64,000 nt of DNA from Candidatus Poribacteria bacterium (GTDB lineage Bacteria; Poribacteria; WGA-4E; PCPOR2b): contig OZ244587.1 in the NCBI GenBank assembly GCA_965218095.1, positions 4,320,001 through 4,384,000 on the forward strand. Direction: 5' to 3'. Both the position numbers and the translations under genes were made by a program. Every line of letters starts with the position of its first letter. The first letter of the stretch is position 1. Below, in pieces: positions 42,496 to 51,595 of the stretch. The notes under the pieces were generated by a model, which was not told the origin of the DNA, searched no databases, and saw nothing but the letters and a program-made list of their open reading frames with translations.

Positions 42496-42682
42496 TTAGG
42501 GCCGAAATGTCTATAAATAGCGGTCTTCCGTTACATTGTCTAGCTCCGTAGGAGCGAAATGTAACCTCATTCACGCCAATCCATGGGCGTCCATTACACA
42601 TAATCACATGTCGCTCCGATGGAGCTATGGATATGTGATTAATGCCGAATCGTGCTATAAACATGTCGCGCCTGGCGGCGCT
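42495..42682. repeat. REP cluster (2+2 inverted hairpins, no transposase)
   Basis: GCTCCGTAGGAGC-type hairpins with a 3' GNNATGT(TTATAG) tail, arranged as around tnpA at 47597-48230. Confidence 0.85.
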
Positions 42683-43024
42683 AAAGCTACGAGGTTGTTG
42701 GTCAACAGCAGGTTCTATTCGCAGAAACATACCCTTATCAGCTCTGTGTCTCCCCCAAGATTGGGGGGAGATTCAGAGGGGGGCTGGAGAGCACCAAGTC
42801 ACCAGGGAAAAACTTCTGCCGCGATGTACTACGTTGACTGTTCACTTGTTCTGCCCCAACACCTAATACTGGATTAGGATTTAAATTTCTCATTCCGACC
42901 TCCCCCCAACCCCTCCTTCGCAAGGCGGTTCTTCTCCTTAAGAAGGGGAAGTTAGAGGGGTTTATTTGATGGGAAATCAAAAACCTAAATCGGTATAAGT
43001 CCGTCGTAATGCTTTGGCGGGCAG

Positions 43025-45553
43025 CTATCGCATGTCAACGCGCTGCAAACTCGCGTCGTCAAAGAGCGCGAAGTCTCCCGCTGACTGATCAAACACACTT
43101 AAAAGCATGACTGCCCGCTCCACGCCATCGGGGACGCGGAAAAAGACCACAAGCCGCTGCCAATCGAGCGAAGCGAAGAGCTCAATCTCATCGGGGTCCT
43201 TGGTTTCGCCGGTAGGCAGTTGATCGACCTTCGGCGAGATCTTGTTGAGCCAGCTCCCTTGCGCATCCTGCCACTGGACCCGAAGCTGGACTTTCGCGCC
43301 CCCTATTACACTCGCCTTCACAAATACCGATGCCATATAAAGTTCGCCCGATTTCACATCTACCGACTGCTGGAAGGAGGCCCCTCCCTCTACGCCTGTC
43401 ATCTTCACAGCCGCTGCGCCTGTACGGGGTCCTTTGTTAGTCCAGGTCAGCGTCGCTTTTGTGCCAGGGCGAATCCAATGGCCCCAACCGGGTGGGTCCT
43501 TGCTGCTGTCCCATTCCGGTCCCTCCGGCGGCGTACCTTTTTCGACGACGTCCTCTAAGCTCGGATTCTGAAGCCGCTCCACCGCTGTCTCCGAATGATG
43601 GCGCATCCTGCGCAGCACGCTCACTGCGACGACCACATCGTCATCAGGGAATGCCCTTTCTAACTCGTTCAGCACCTGCTCCACGCTTTGGCGCCCTCCA
43701 CTGCGCTCACCCCACTCTGCTATCTCCAATAGCACCCGTGATAATCCTCCGCCTGGCTCCCACCGCGCCCGTCTCGTGAACGAAATCACCGGCTTGTGCA
43801 GTGGATTCGTCATGATGACTTCGCGGTAGTAGCAGTCTAGTTCCCGTCGTGCCTCCGCAAACTGGCGCACCAGGGGCGGCGCCTCCTCAAACTGTGACTG
43901 ATTTTGCACGCGAAAGCTGGTCAGTTGCTTATCGACATAGTGGAGCGTTGCGTAAAGTTTGGTGTAGCGAAAACCCTCGGCGTAAAGCTTCACTCTCCGT
44001 TTAATCAACTCGTCCTCGGCGGTCCCCATTGCCTCGTTCAGGTAGCGTCGCGCTTGCACACAGACATCAGGAGGGAACAGTTCCAACTGCATCGGGTCGA
44101 AGAAGTAGCGGAACCACTCTCCCTTTCCTTTCTGTCCCATCCACTGTCCCTCACACAACTCGAAGTAGGCGCGCATAGGCGCAGCGGCTTTCCCGAAGAA
44201 GTTTGTATAGAAGTCGAGGAGCAAAGCCTCCAGGTCCCCATCCGTATCCCACAAGAGTTGGCTTGCGGCCCAAGCCTTTGGCCCATCCAGGCTCCAGTTC
44301 GAGTAAATCTCGGCGTAGAACCCTCGCACGCCTGCGCCCTTGCAAAACTTCAGGCTCTCAGCGGAAAGGCGTGTGAAGATGCGCGGGATGACATAGCCAG
44401 AGCCGTAGTAGTAGTCGTAGATGCCGATGATCGGCACCGCCTGCGTCCAGCGGCGAATGAGCTCTTGGTCAAGCCGCTTAAAGTCGGGGTCGCGCCATTG
44501 AGCGCGGTCGTTGGTCAGGTAGGGGATGATGTGAGGGTGGACGGGGAATGACGGGGTATTCTCACACCAAGAGTAAGCAAGACAGCCGATGAATTTGTCG
44601 GGATGCGTCTTGACCAGTTCCTCGGCGGCGCGATTGAGAAACGTGAAGACCAGGTCGGAGTAGTCGGGGCGTCCCCTGAACGCCCTCCCGTGCGCCACCC
44701 ACGATTGGCAGTCGTCACACTCGCAATAGCCGCGACTGTCGTTGACCCCCAGAGAAAAACTGACCGCCTTCGGATTCCCCTCAAAGTGGCGAGCCGCAAC
44801 CTGCCCCGCATACTTCGCTGCTTCGAGGTTGCTCATACATGGCTGCCAACCGTGCTCATCTGTTCCCTGTGGCTTGTAGCGCGCTCCGTCACGTAGTGGA
44901 AACCATTCGGGATGCGCCTCGAACAGGTCAGGCGTGAAGACGTGCAGCAGGTTGTGATGGAAGTTGAACCGCTCCCACATCAGGTTGCGTTTCTCCCAAA
45001 CACCGTCATCAAAGGGAGCCGCGGAACTCCACTGCCGCGAGAGAAAGTCTGGCTGCTCAACATCATTGATTTGCGGCGTTGTAAATTCCACCCGCCTGGG
45101 CACATGCTCACCAAGTTCCGTCGGAATATACCATCGCACGCCGCCATACTTCTGAAGGAAGCGATAGACCGCGAACTCCGTGCCGTGTAACTCTCGTCCG
45201 CAAAGCACTAAGCGGTTATCCACCACCTTGATGACGAACCCGTCTATGTCTATCGCTTCCAGATTCAGCCCCAAACCTTTCACGAACTTCGTCCGCCCGA
45301 TGTGTACCTCACCCCCCCCATCTCCCTCAGAACCTTCCGCCACAATTGACAGCTTGATGCCCGTCATCTTCCCAAGGTAGGTCTGAAGCTCGTGTGCAGC
45401 ACGACTTTCTTCCGTCTCGGACGGATAAGGGAGGACGATGCGGGCAACGGGCTCCCCATCTTTGACCAGGGGCAGCACATCTGCTGCGGGTGTCCCTTGC
45501 GTTGGCACCAATACGCTGACGACGGTCAGCGGCAACATGATAAAGCTTTGCAT
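43025..45553 (-). CDS. Secreted DUF4838-type protein with C-terminal CBM4/9-like domain
   Basis: ELQTYLGKMTG, GVRWY.P, HPEWF, CECDDC, LAY, LLWD..FFGKAA..MR.YF. Likely start 45553 (track start 45754). Confidence 0.8.
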   Translation of the reverse strand: MQSFIMLPLTVVSVLVPTQGTPAADVLPLVKDGEPVARIVLPYPSETEESRAAHELQTYLGKMTGIKLSIVAEGSEGDGGGEVHIGRTKFVKGLGLNLEAIDIDGFVIKVVDNRLVLCGRELHGTEFAVYRFLQKYGGVRWYIPTELGEHVPRRVEFTTPQINDVEQPDFLSRQWSSAAPFDDGVWEKRNLMWERFNFHHNLLHVFTPDLFEAHPEWFPLRDGARYKPQGTDEHGWQPCMSNLEAAKYAGQVAARHFEGNPKAVSFSLGVNDSRGYCECDDCQSWVAHGRAFRGRPDYSDLVFTFLNRAAEELVKTHPDKFIGCLAYSWCENTPSFPVHPHIIPYLTNDRAQWRDPDFKRLDQELIRRWTQAVPIIGIYDYYYGSGYVIPRIFTRLSAESLKFCKGAGVRGFYAEIYSNWSLDGPKAWAASQLLWDTDGDLEALLLDFYTNFFGKAAAPMRAYFELCEGQWMGQKGKGEWFRYFFDPMQLELFPPDVCVQARRYLNEAMGTAEDELIKRRVKLYAEGFRYTKLYATLHYVDKQLTSFRVQNQSQFEEAPPLVRQFAEARRELDCYYREVIMTNPLHKPVISFTRRARWEPGGGLSRVLLEIAEWGERSGGRQSVEQVLNELERAFPDDDVVVAVSVLRRMRHHSETAVERLQNPSLEDVVEKGTPPEGPEWDSSKDPPGWGHWIRPGTKATLTWTNKGPRTGAAAVKMTGVEGGASFQQSVDVKSGELYMASVFVKASVIGGAKVQLRVQWQDAQGSWLNKISPKVDQLPTGETKDPDEIELFASLDWQRLVVFFRVPDGVERAVMLLSVFDQSAGDFALFDDASLQRVDMR

Positions 45554-45583
45554 AACCAAGATCCTTAATCGCTTTTGAAGTAA

Positions 45584-45685
45584 TTTGACTTTGTTACATT
45601 CGCCCCCCGGCCCCCAATTCTGAGGGCCGGGGGGCAAGCCAGCAGTGGATCTGTCGATGATCTCTTTTAATCTAACAAAGTCAAG
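45584..45685. mobile_element. MITE-like element carrying a GC-rich palindrome
   Basis: TTGACTTTGTTA / TAACAAAGTCAA inverted ends; possible GTAA duplication. Confidence 0.55.
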
Positions 45686-45757
45686 GTAACTTGACAATGT
45701 TATACCGTTTCTGAATAAAAATGCAGCATTGGAGTGGAAAGAAGGTGCCTGCAAAGG

Positions 45758-46042
45758 CTATGCTCCTCGCTTGTCCCCAAAGTCCACTCGATTGGCTTTC
45801 AGTAACATGTTGATATACTTCCTAACCTCTCCGGTGTTCACTCCGACCTTGTAGACGCTAATGCCCGTTTTCTCGTAGGCATCCACAAGCACATCAAATT
45901 TCGTTTCGAGCGCATCAAGAATCTCATCTTGAGTTGACAGCACCACTGTTTCTGCGGACGTGGATTGGGCGGGGGCGGACAGCAACGTTGCCGACGAGCA
46001 ATAGATATACTCAACCGTTTCATCGCTTGGATTCATCAGCAA
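45758..46042 (-). CDS. Hypothetical protein or gene fragment
   Basis: AGGAG RBS-like site and protein-like composition. Confidence 0.4.
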   Translation of the reverse strand: MLMNPSDETVEYIYCSSATLLSAPAQSTSAETVVLSTQDEILDALETKFDVLVDAYEKTGISVYKVGVNTGEVRKYINMLLKANRVDFGDKRGA

Positions 46043-46084
46043 ATGGAGCTCCTCGGGTTCTAACTATAGTGCACAACCGGGCGG

Positions 46085-46312
46085 TTAAGGTTGGTTTGGA
46101 TTCGCTGTAGTTTCTGAATGCTCCCGTGTCCACTGAGCCTGGGGCTGGTAGCCACAACAGCCAAGAACGGGCAGACGCGGATACTTGGCGAAATTGGGAT
46201 TGGATGTTGATAGAAGGCAGAGATAAAAGCGGCTTTGGTTGGCATTTTGGATGACTTTGGCGTGTTCACAAGTCTGACACAACCCGATTTCTACAGGACT
46301 TTTAGCTTTCAT
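46085..46312 (-). CDS. Small Cys-rich (putative metal-binding) hypothetical protein
   Basis: GLCQTCEH..FYLC..KYPRLPVLGCCGY; the track's longer N-terminus is IS5 sequence. Confidence 0.65.
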   Translation of the reverse strand: MKAKSPVEIGLCQTCEHAKVIQNANQSRFYLCLLSTSNPNFAKYPRLPVLGCCGYQPQAQWTREHSETTANPNQP

Positions 46313-46320
46313 AGCACCTA

Positions 46321-47140
46321 GGTTCTGTTGACATTTGAGTATAAGGTTGTGGCATAATAGAAGAATGACGCCAATAACCTTACCTGATGAACAATGGAAT
46401 AAGATATACCGGTTTCTTCTTAGCTGTCCCACCATCTATGTTGGCGACGAAGCTGCTCCACGCCGCTTCGTCGAAGCCGTCCTGTGGGTGACTCGTAGCG
46501 GCGCTCAATGGAGACTTCTACCAGACACCTATGGCAAATGGAACACCCGCTACAAGCGGTTTGCTCGATGGTGCGACAAAGGTATCTTCACACAGATGCC
46601 CCCCCACTTTGCCTCTGACCCCGATATCGAGTCGCTTATTGTGGACAGTACAATCTGCCGCGCTCACCCGTCTGCGGCGGGCGCCTTAAAAAAAAGGGTG
46701 GCACTGAAAACCAAGCATTAGGTTGGTCTCGGGGCGGTTTCAGTACAAAAATTCACATCACAGTTGACGGACTAGGCAATCCGCTAAGAATTCATCTGAC
46801 ACCCGGTCAGAGACATGACATAACTGAGGCGGAAGGGTTGATAATCGGATATAACAGTGAATATGTGATTGGAGACAAGGGGTACGATTCGGACGCTTTT
46901 ATCGCCGTTATTGAGGCGAATGGAGCGATTGCGGTGATACCGCCCAAAAGTCATCGTGTTGACCAAAGAACGTATGACAAACACTTATACAAAGAGAGAC
47001 ATCGGGTTGAATGTTTCATCAACAAGATAAAATGGTATCGTCGTATCTTCTCTCGGTTCGAGAAGTTAGCTGTCCGTTATTTTGGATTTCTCAGCTTTGT
47101 CGCCACTCTTATATGGCTCCCTTGAAATGTCAACAGAACC
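46321..47140 (+). mobile_element. IS5-family element, copy 3
   Basis: Same TIRs, TA duplication, 820 bp; ORF A and ORF B overlap at TTAAAAAAAAGGG. Confidence 0.95.
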
Positions 47141-47596
47141 TAATCTCTTTTAAAGCAACTAAAATCAGAGGTGTTCCGAAGCAGGAGCTTCGGAACGAGC
47201 AAATGTTAAGTTTCAGGCGAGAGCCAAGTAGTACGAGATAATTATTTTGATAAATCTGGGAGCAGGGTGTTGGGGGATTGGGCTGTTGGCAGGCTGAGTC
47301 AGTGGCTGGTGACAGTCAAAGCAAATCGCTGCCAACTTGCTTTGACTGCTACTGCGACTTTGCCAGCGGAGGTCTCCCATTACCCCATCACCGTTGTTGA
47401 GAGAGTTCACCGTTTTTCGTGACATCTGACAATAATCAAATTAAATTTGTCCAAGCACTTATATGCTTGCATCCCGATCCATCAGGGTCTCCCGACTTAT
47501 GATTCGATTGGTGCACGCCGTGCGCCTACTTTGCTCCCGCTAGGCAGAGGGGCGGCCCTCCGCATCAGATCTGAATTCCACTGGGAGAGAATTTTT

Positions 47597-48230
47597 GCTC
47601 CGTTAGGAGCATGATGTTTATAGCATACGAGAAACAATCAACCCCATAGCTCCGTAGGAGCGGAATGACTATGGCAAATACAGCTTATGAATCCTCTACC
47701 CAATCAAAGACATATCTCGCATCGTATTCCACATCAAAGCGTTCTAGGTTCGAGATATTCTTCGCGAAAGGGTTTGATTGAATGATGCTGTTCCTGATTG
47801 CGAATATAATTAACAACCATATTGAGTTGCGAATGAGAATAGGAAAACGCTCCAAATCCTTCCTGCCAATTGAATCTTCCCCGAATCCACCGCTTTTCAT
47901 TGATGAACCTTGAAGAATTCGCCTTGATGTCTCTGACCACATCGGATAATGCAATAGTCGGCGTCATTCCGACGAGGATGTGGGCGTGATCGGGCATGCT
48001 GTTTATGGCAATCAGTTTCTGTTTATTGTTTCGGAGGGTACCCGTGATATATTTGTGGAGCTCCTCCTTATGTGCCTTTGGAATAAGGCTTTGTCTGCCT
48101 TGCACCGCGAAAACAATGTGGATATAGATTTGGATGTAGGTATTGGCCATTATTGCCTCCATTTCGCTCCTAACGGAACTATGTGATATTAGGGTTTGGG
48201 TGTCTATAAACATTACGCTCCTATGGAGCT
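47597..48230. mobile_element. REP-flanked Y1 transposase locus (REPtron-like)
   Basis: Two hairpin REPs on each side of tnpA, in inverted orientation. Confidence 0.85.
47685..48150 (-). pseudogene. tnpA: IS200/IS605-type HUH Y1 transposase (RAYT-like), frameshift near 47749
   Basis: HIVF, DHAH (HUH), WQEGFGAFS, NYIRNQEQHH; C-terminal LERFDVEYDARY is in another frame. Confidence 0.9.
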
Positions 48231-48268
48231 TCAACCCTCGTGTGAGTAGCTTGCCTGTACAATATACT

Positions 48269-48359
48269 GGCTCATGTTAAGACTTCGTGCAAAGGCAAAA
48301 TTCACACCAATGATTTCACGGCTTCTCTAACACTTTTGCACTTTCTTTTGACATGAGCC
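48269..48359. mobile_element. MITE with GGCTCATGT ends (ISL3-like), 91 bp
   Basis: GGCTCATGT..ACATGAGCC with 8-bp TSD AATATACT; a matching right end occurs at about 27461-27483. Confidence 0.85.
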
Positions 48360-48473
48360 AATATACTTTATCATAGGAACGGTTGAATCGCTTATCTAAA
48401 ATTCAGGATTGACTCATGTTTTCTTGGTTTGATGGGTATGGGGCTGCCCCACATGCACCAAGCTAACATGCCT

Positions 48474-48581
48474 CACCCCGTAGGGGTGGTATGTTTATAG
48501 AACCCACGCCAACCGTTAGCCCTAGCTCCGTAGGAGCGGCATGTTTTGCGAACTGGCCCACATGTCGCCCCGATGGGGCTA
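48474..48581. repeat. REP cluster (2+1 hairpins)
   Basis: ACCCCGTAGGGGT, GCTCCGTAGGAGC and inverted GCCCCGATGGGGC. Confidence 0.85.
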
Positions 48582-48770
48582 ATGCTTCTCCTCGTAGACA
48601 GCTTCAAATGCCGCCATCTGCTCCGGCGGTACCCAGAAGGACAAGCGTGTCAACGTTGGCACGGTGCGTGGCTTCTCCTCCGCAGCACTGTGGGCGGGAA
48701 CGGCGTCCTGAGCGGTCACGGTAAAGTGTCCCACCATGGTCAATAAGAGAATCAGGCTGACGTATTTCAT
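48579..48770 (-). pseudogene. N-terminal fragment of a secreted protein truncated at a REP
   Basis: AAGG RBS, signal peptide, RLSFWVPPEQMAAFEAVY; the TAG stop is at the REP edge. Confidence 0.6.
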
Positions 48771-48893
48771 CGGATGCCTTCCTTCGTCTGTGGATTGGAG
48801 AATAATGGACGGACTGCTGCCGCGAAGATCAGTATTACGGATTTTCTGAGTCTCTGTTATGGTCCCAAACGTGCTGGCGGAATGTTATACCAA

Positions 48894-49025
48894 CAGACTT
48901 ACGCAATTGAATCGGCTGATTATCCCCCAACCTCCTGTGCCTCTTGTATCTTGTATCGGATTCAGGATTCAAGATGCAGGATGCGGTCAAATCGCAGGTT
49001 CTGCACATCGGCTGCGTAAGTCCTG
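48894..49025. mobile_element. MITE, second copy of the 38578-38705 element
   Basis: Near-identical interior; CAG-ACTTACGCA..TGCGTAAGTCCTG; 5-bp TSD ACCAA. Confidence 0.9.
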
Positions 49026-49188
49026 ACCAAATTCGACAGGAGATCTATGAAAAACTTGGGATCATGTCAAAGGTAAGTGCATCCACCGATTATAATGGTT
49101 GCCACGACGCGCCCCCCATACAGATCAAGTTAAGCGAAAAATTGTGAATTTGCTTAAGTCGTTGAATGAGGCTAGAGGAGGCGAGAAA

Positions 49189-49607
49189 TTATTTATCTCT
49201 GTTCGGTTTGAGTAATCATTGAGAAGAATTATTCTCCATTGTGACGAGTTTGCCGATGACGTTGTTGTATAGTTGGAAAAGTTCACCACCAACTTCCTTC
49301 GTAATGTATTCACACTCAACAGCACTTTCTATCCAAGACTGTGTTTCTCTCGCCTCACTTTCAGCCATGTTCAGTTTATTGATAAAGTCAGCGCGGTAGA
49401 GCGTTCTCCTCCACGCTTCAACAATGTGAGCACAGGCAAATCGTGACGCTCGGCGGATCCCGAAGATCGGGACTGTACATTTCCTCTTTTGGAAAACGAC
49501 GACTCAGCTTAAAAATCCGCTGCCTCTCTTCCCTCGCGAGTTGAGCGAAGCGAAATACCGATCTATCGGGGTTTATACGCATCAAGCTCTCAATAGTTTT
49601 CTGCCAT
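49189..49607 (-). pseudogene. Four-helix-bundle (23S rRNA IVS-type) protein gene disrupted by micro-elements and stops
   Basis: GGAGG RBS; MAENY*ELDAYK[31-bp insert]LAREERQRIFKLSRRFPKEEMYS[13 bp]IRRASRFACAHIVEAWRR..EARETQSW. Confidence 0.85.
49541..49571 (-). mobile_element. 31-bp micro-element, copy B
   Basis: CCCCGATAGATCGGTATTTCGCTTCGCTCAA between codons AAA and CTC; removing it restores the frame. Confidence 0.8.
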
Positions 49608-49669
49608 TCTCAATCCTCCCTTCTACTCACTTCCTCCCCCCACGCCCCCATGCTACCTCTGAGCAGAGG

Positions 49670-50900
49670 TCTCATGGTCACTTCGTCATCAAAGGCAACC
49701 GGCCCGTATCGGTGGTCGCTCAGGCGCTTTGTAGGCCACACTCAGGTGCGGCGTTTCCACTCGCACCCGTCCTCGAATTCGAGACTCCATGAGCGCGTCC
49801 AGCACCCCGGTCACGAGCAGAGTGCGCTCGACTGGGTACTGAGGTTCGCCGGTCAGGAACATCTCCTGTATGTTAAGCGCCTGGTTGCCGAACAGCTGAT
49901 GGGGAACAGGTCAATGTCGAACCTCGTGCTCACGACCTGACCGCCCACACAGGCGGCGTACCCCCAACCACGCAGATGCCCCGGAAGCAGCAGGGTTGCG
50001 GCGCGGAGTCCGTCGGTGTATTCGAGTAGAAAGACCGCCGGGGTCTCGCAGTTATCCTCCATGCGCCCCGGCCCCTTGGCCTCGACGAGTGCCTCGGCCG
50101 CCTCAGCAAGCTCCCCTGGCCACACGCCCACGTCTCTCGCCTCCCAAACGGCGTCGCCCTCCAGGCATCACACCGCTGCGATGCCTGTCTCGCCTCTGCT
50201 GCGGCGCTCGACCATGCACTGGAGAACTTCGAGCCCGTGGAACCCGTACGAGTCGAGTCCGTTGACGTACAAGTTGAAGTAGCCGATAGACAGTGCTTCT
50301 TCGTTTGAGTGCCATCGTGCTCCAAGTGTGGGGTGGTGCCCACGACCGGTAGCGCTGAGCCGGCCATAGGCGGCACGCCAAGCTCCTGAGCACGCTTGTA
50401 CATCCACATGGCGTCCGTCCAGTTATAGGCAAGATACTTGTCGGTGAAGACGGGCACGGATCGTCCAGAAACGGCCATGATTCCGCAGACCTGCTCGAAG
50501 AAATAGCGGCGCGGATACATCTGCCGGTGCCGCTCGTTCCCGGCGTAATCCCCGTGCTCCGCGATGATGAGCACGCCGTCAACAGCCAATTCCCCCACCT
50601 GCCAATCCGGCGCGGTCGGCCAATAACCGGCACTTGGAGGCGTCAACGTCAATGCAGCCCGGATACTCGGAATGCAGCCTAGATACTCGGATAGACCTCG
50701 ATGCTATGCCCCCGCGCCAGCTCAAGCCCAATGTCACTCGAATGCACCTGGTCCATGTACATCGACACGACGTCCACCTTCGGCTCGATCAGGCTGTCTT
50801 CGGCAGGAAACCCCCTGACGAACTTGGACACAATCAGATCGGCGTGCGAGCTGGAAAAGTAGGTCGTAACAATGGCCGCGATCTTCTTACGCTCTGTCAT
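49670..50900 (-). pseudogene. Oxidoreductase-like conserved protein, multiply frameshifted
   Basis: SHADLIV..SMYMDQ; LAVDGVLIIAEHGDY..YPRRYFF..PVFTDK; YGFHGLEVLQCMVERR..GETG in different frames; TAG at 50679. Confidence 0.75.
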
Positions 50901-51076
50901 GGCAACTTATTCCTCCCGTTTCTTCTCAACTCGTACTGCTGGCACTTCACATCCGCGTACAATTCGAGGAATCGCTCCACCATGCTCCGTGCCAGATTCG
51001 CCGGAATGCGATCCTCCAGCAGGCAGTAGTCGTAGATCGCCAGGTGATCAATCGCGGCTTTGAGATCATTATTCAT
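50897..51076 (-). pseudogene. Probable N-terminal fragment of a PhyH-family dioxygenase
   Basis: AGGAGA RBS; AIDHLAIYDYCLLEDRIP resembles PhyH N-termini; the catalytic core is absent. Confidence 0.4.
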
Positions 51077-51395
51077 CGGTCTCTCCTTTCCGTGGGACTT
51101 CGTTCCCGCCCCGCTTAACCTTCCCACGGTGGGAGCGGGAACTCCTCATATTCGTGGGAGAGATGTGGGTAATAGAGGGAGGGGCGGACAGTTACTCCAA
51201 AAAGCAGGCGGTAACGGTCTACGACGCCTTGAACTGAAGTTCAGGTCTCTAGCAAAGCGAGATTCCGTGAAGCGGAGCTCAAAGCTGAAGTCCACTCAAG
51301 TGGACTGGGATCCATTGATAGTCGTCTTGAGACGACTTAAGCTATTAGTCCGGATCTTGAGATCGGGGGAAAAATGCCCGCTTACCCCAAGGTGT

Positions 51396-51587
51396 CCGCC
51401 CCCTTCCCCCCAAAGTTGGCTGACAGGGGTAGATTTTTAGACCCGTAGGGTCGAAATGTTTATAGGGAGCTCGTATCTATAAACATTTCGCTCCTAACAG
51501 AGCAACAACGATGGGACTCAAAAGATGGTCCCATTCGTAGAAAACCTACCCCTATCAACCCAGAGTTGGGGGATTGAGGGGGGCGGG
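51396..51587. mobile_element. Nested repeats: REP doublet inside a MITE (51418-51560) inside a C/G-rich palindrome
   Basis: TIR GGCTGACAGGGGTAGATTTT / AAAACCTACCCCTATCAACC; flanking CAAAGTT / CAGAGTT; REP doublet at 51440-51503. Confidence 0.8.
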
Positions 51588-51595
51588 GTAGCTAT

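Noticed and set aside
51060-51440. 126-aa ORF
   Set aside because: It consists largely of palindromic repeat DNA and shows no protein-like features.
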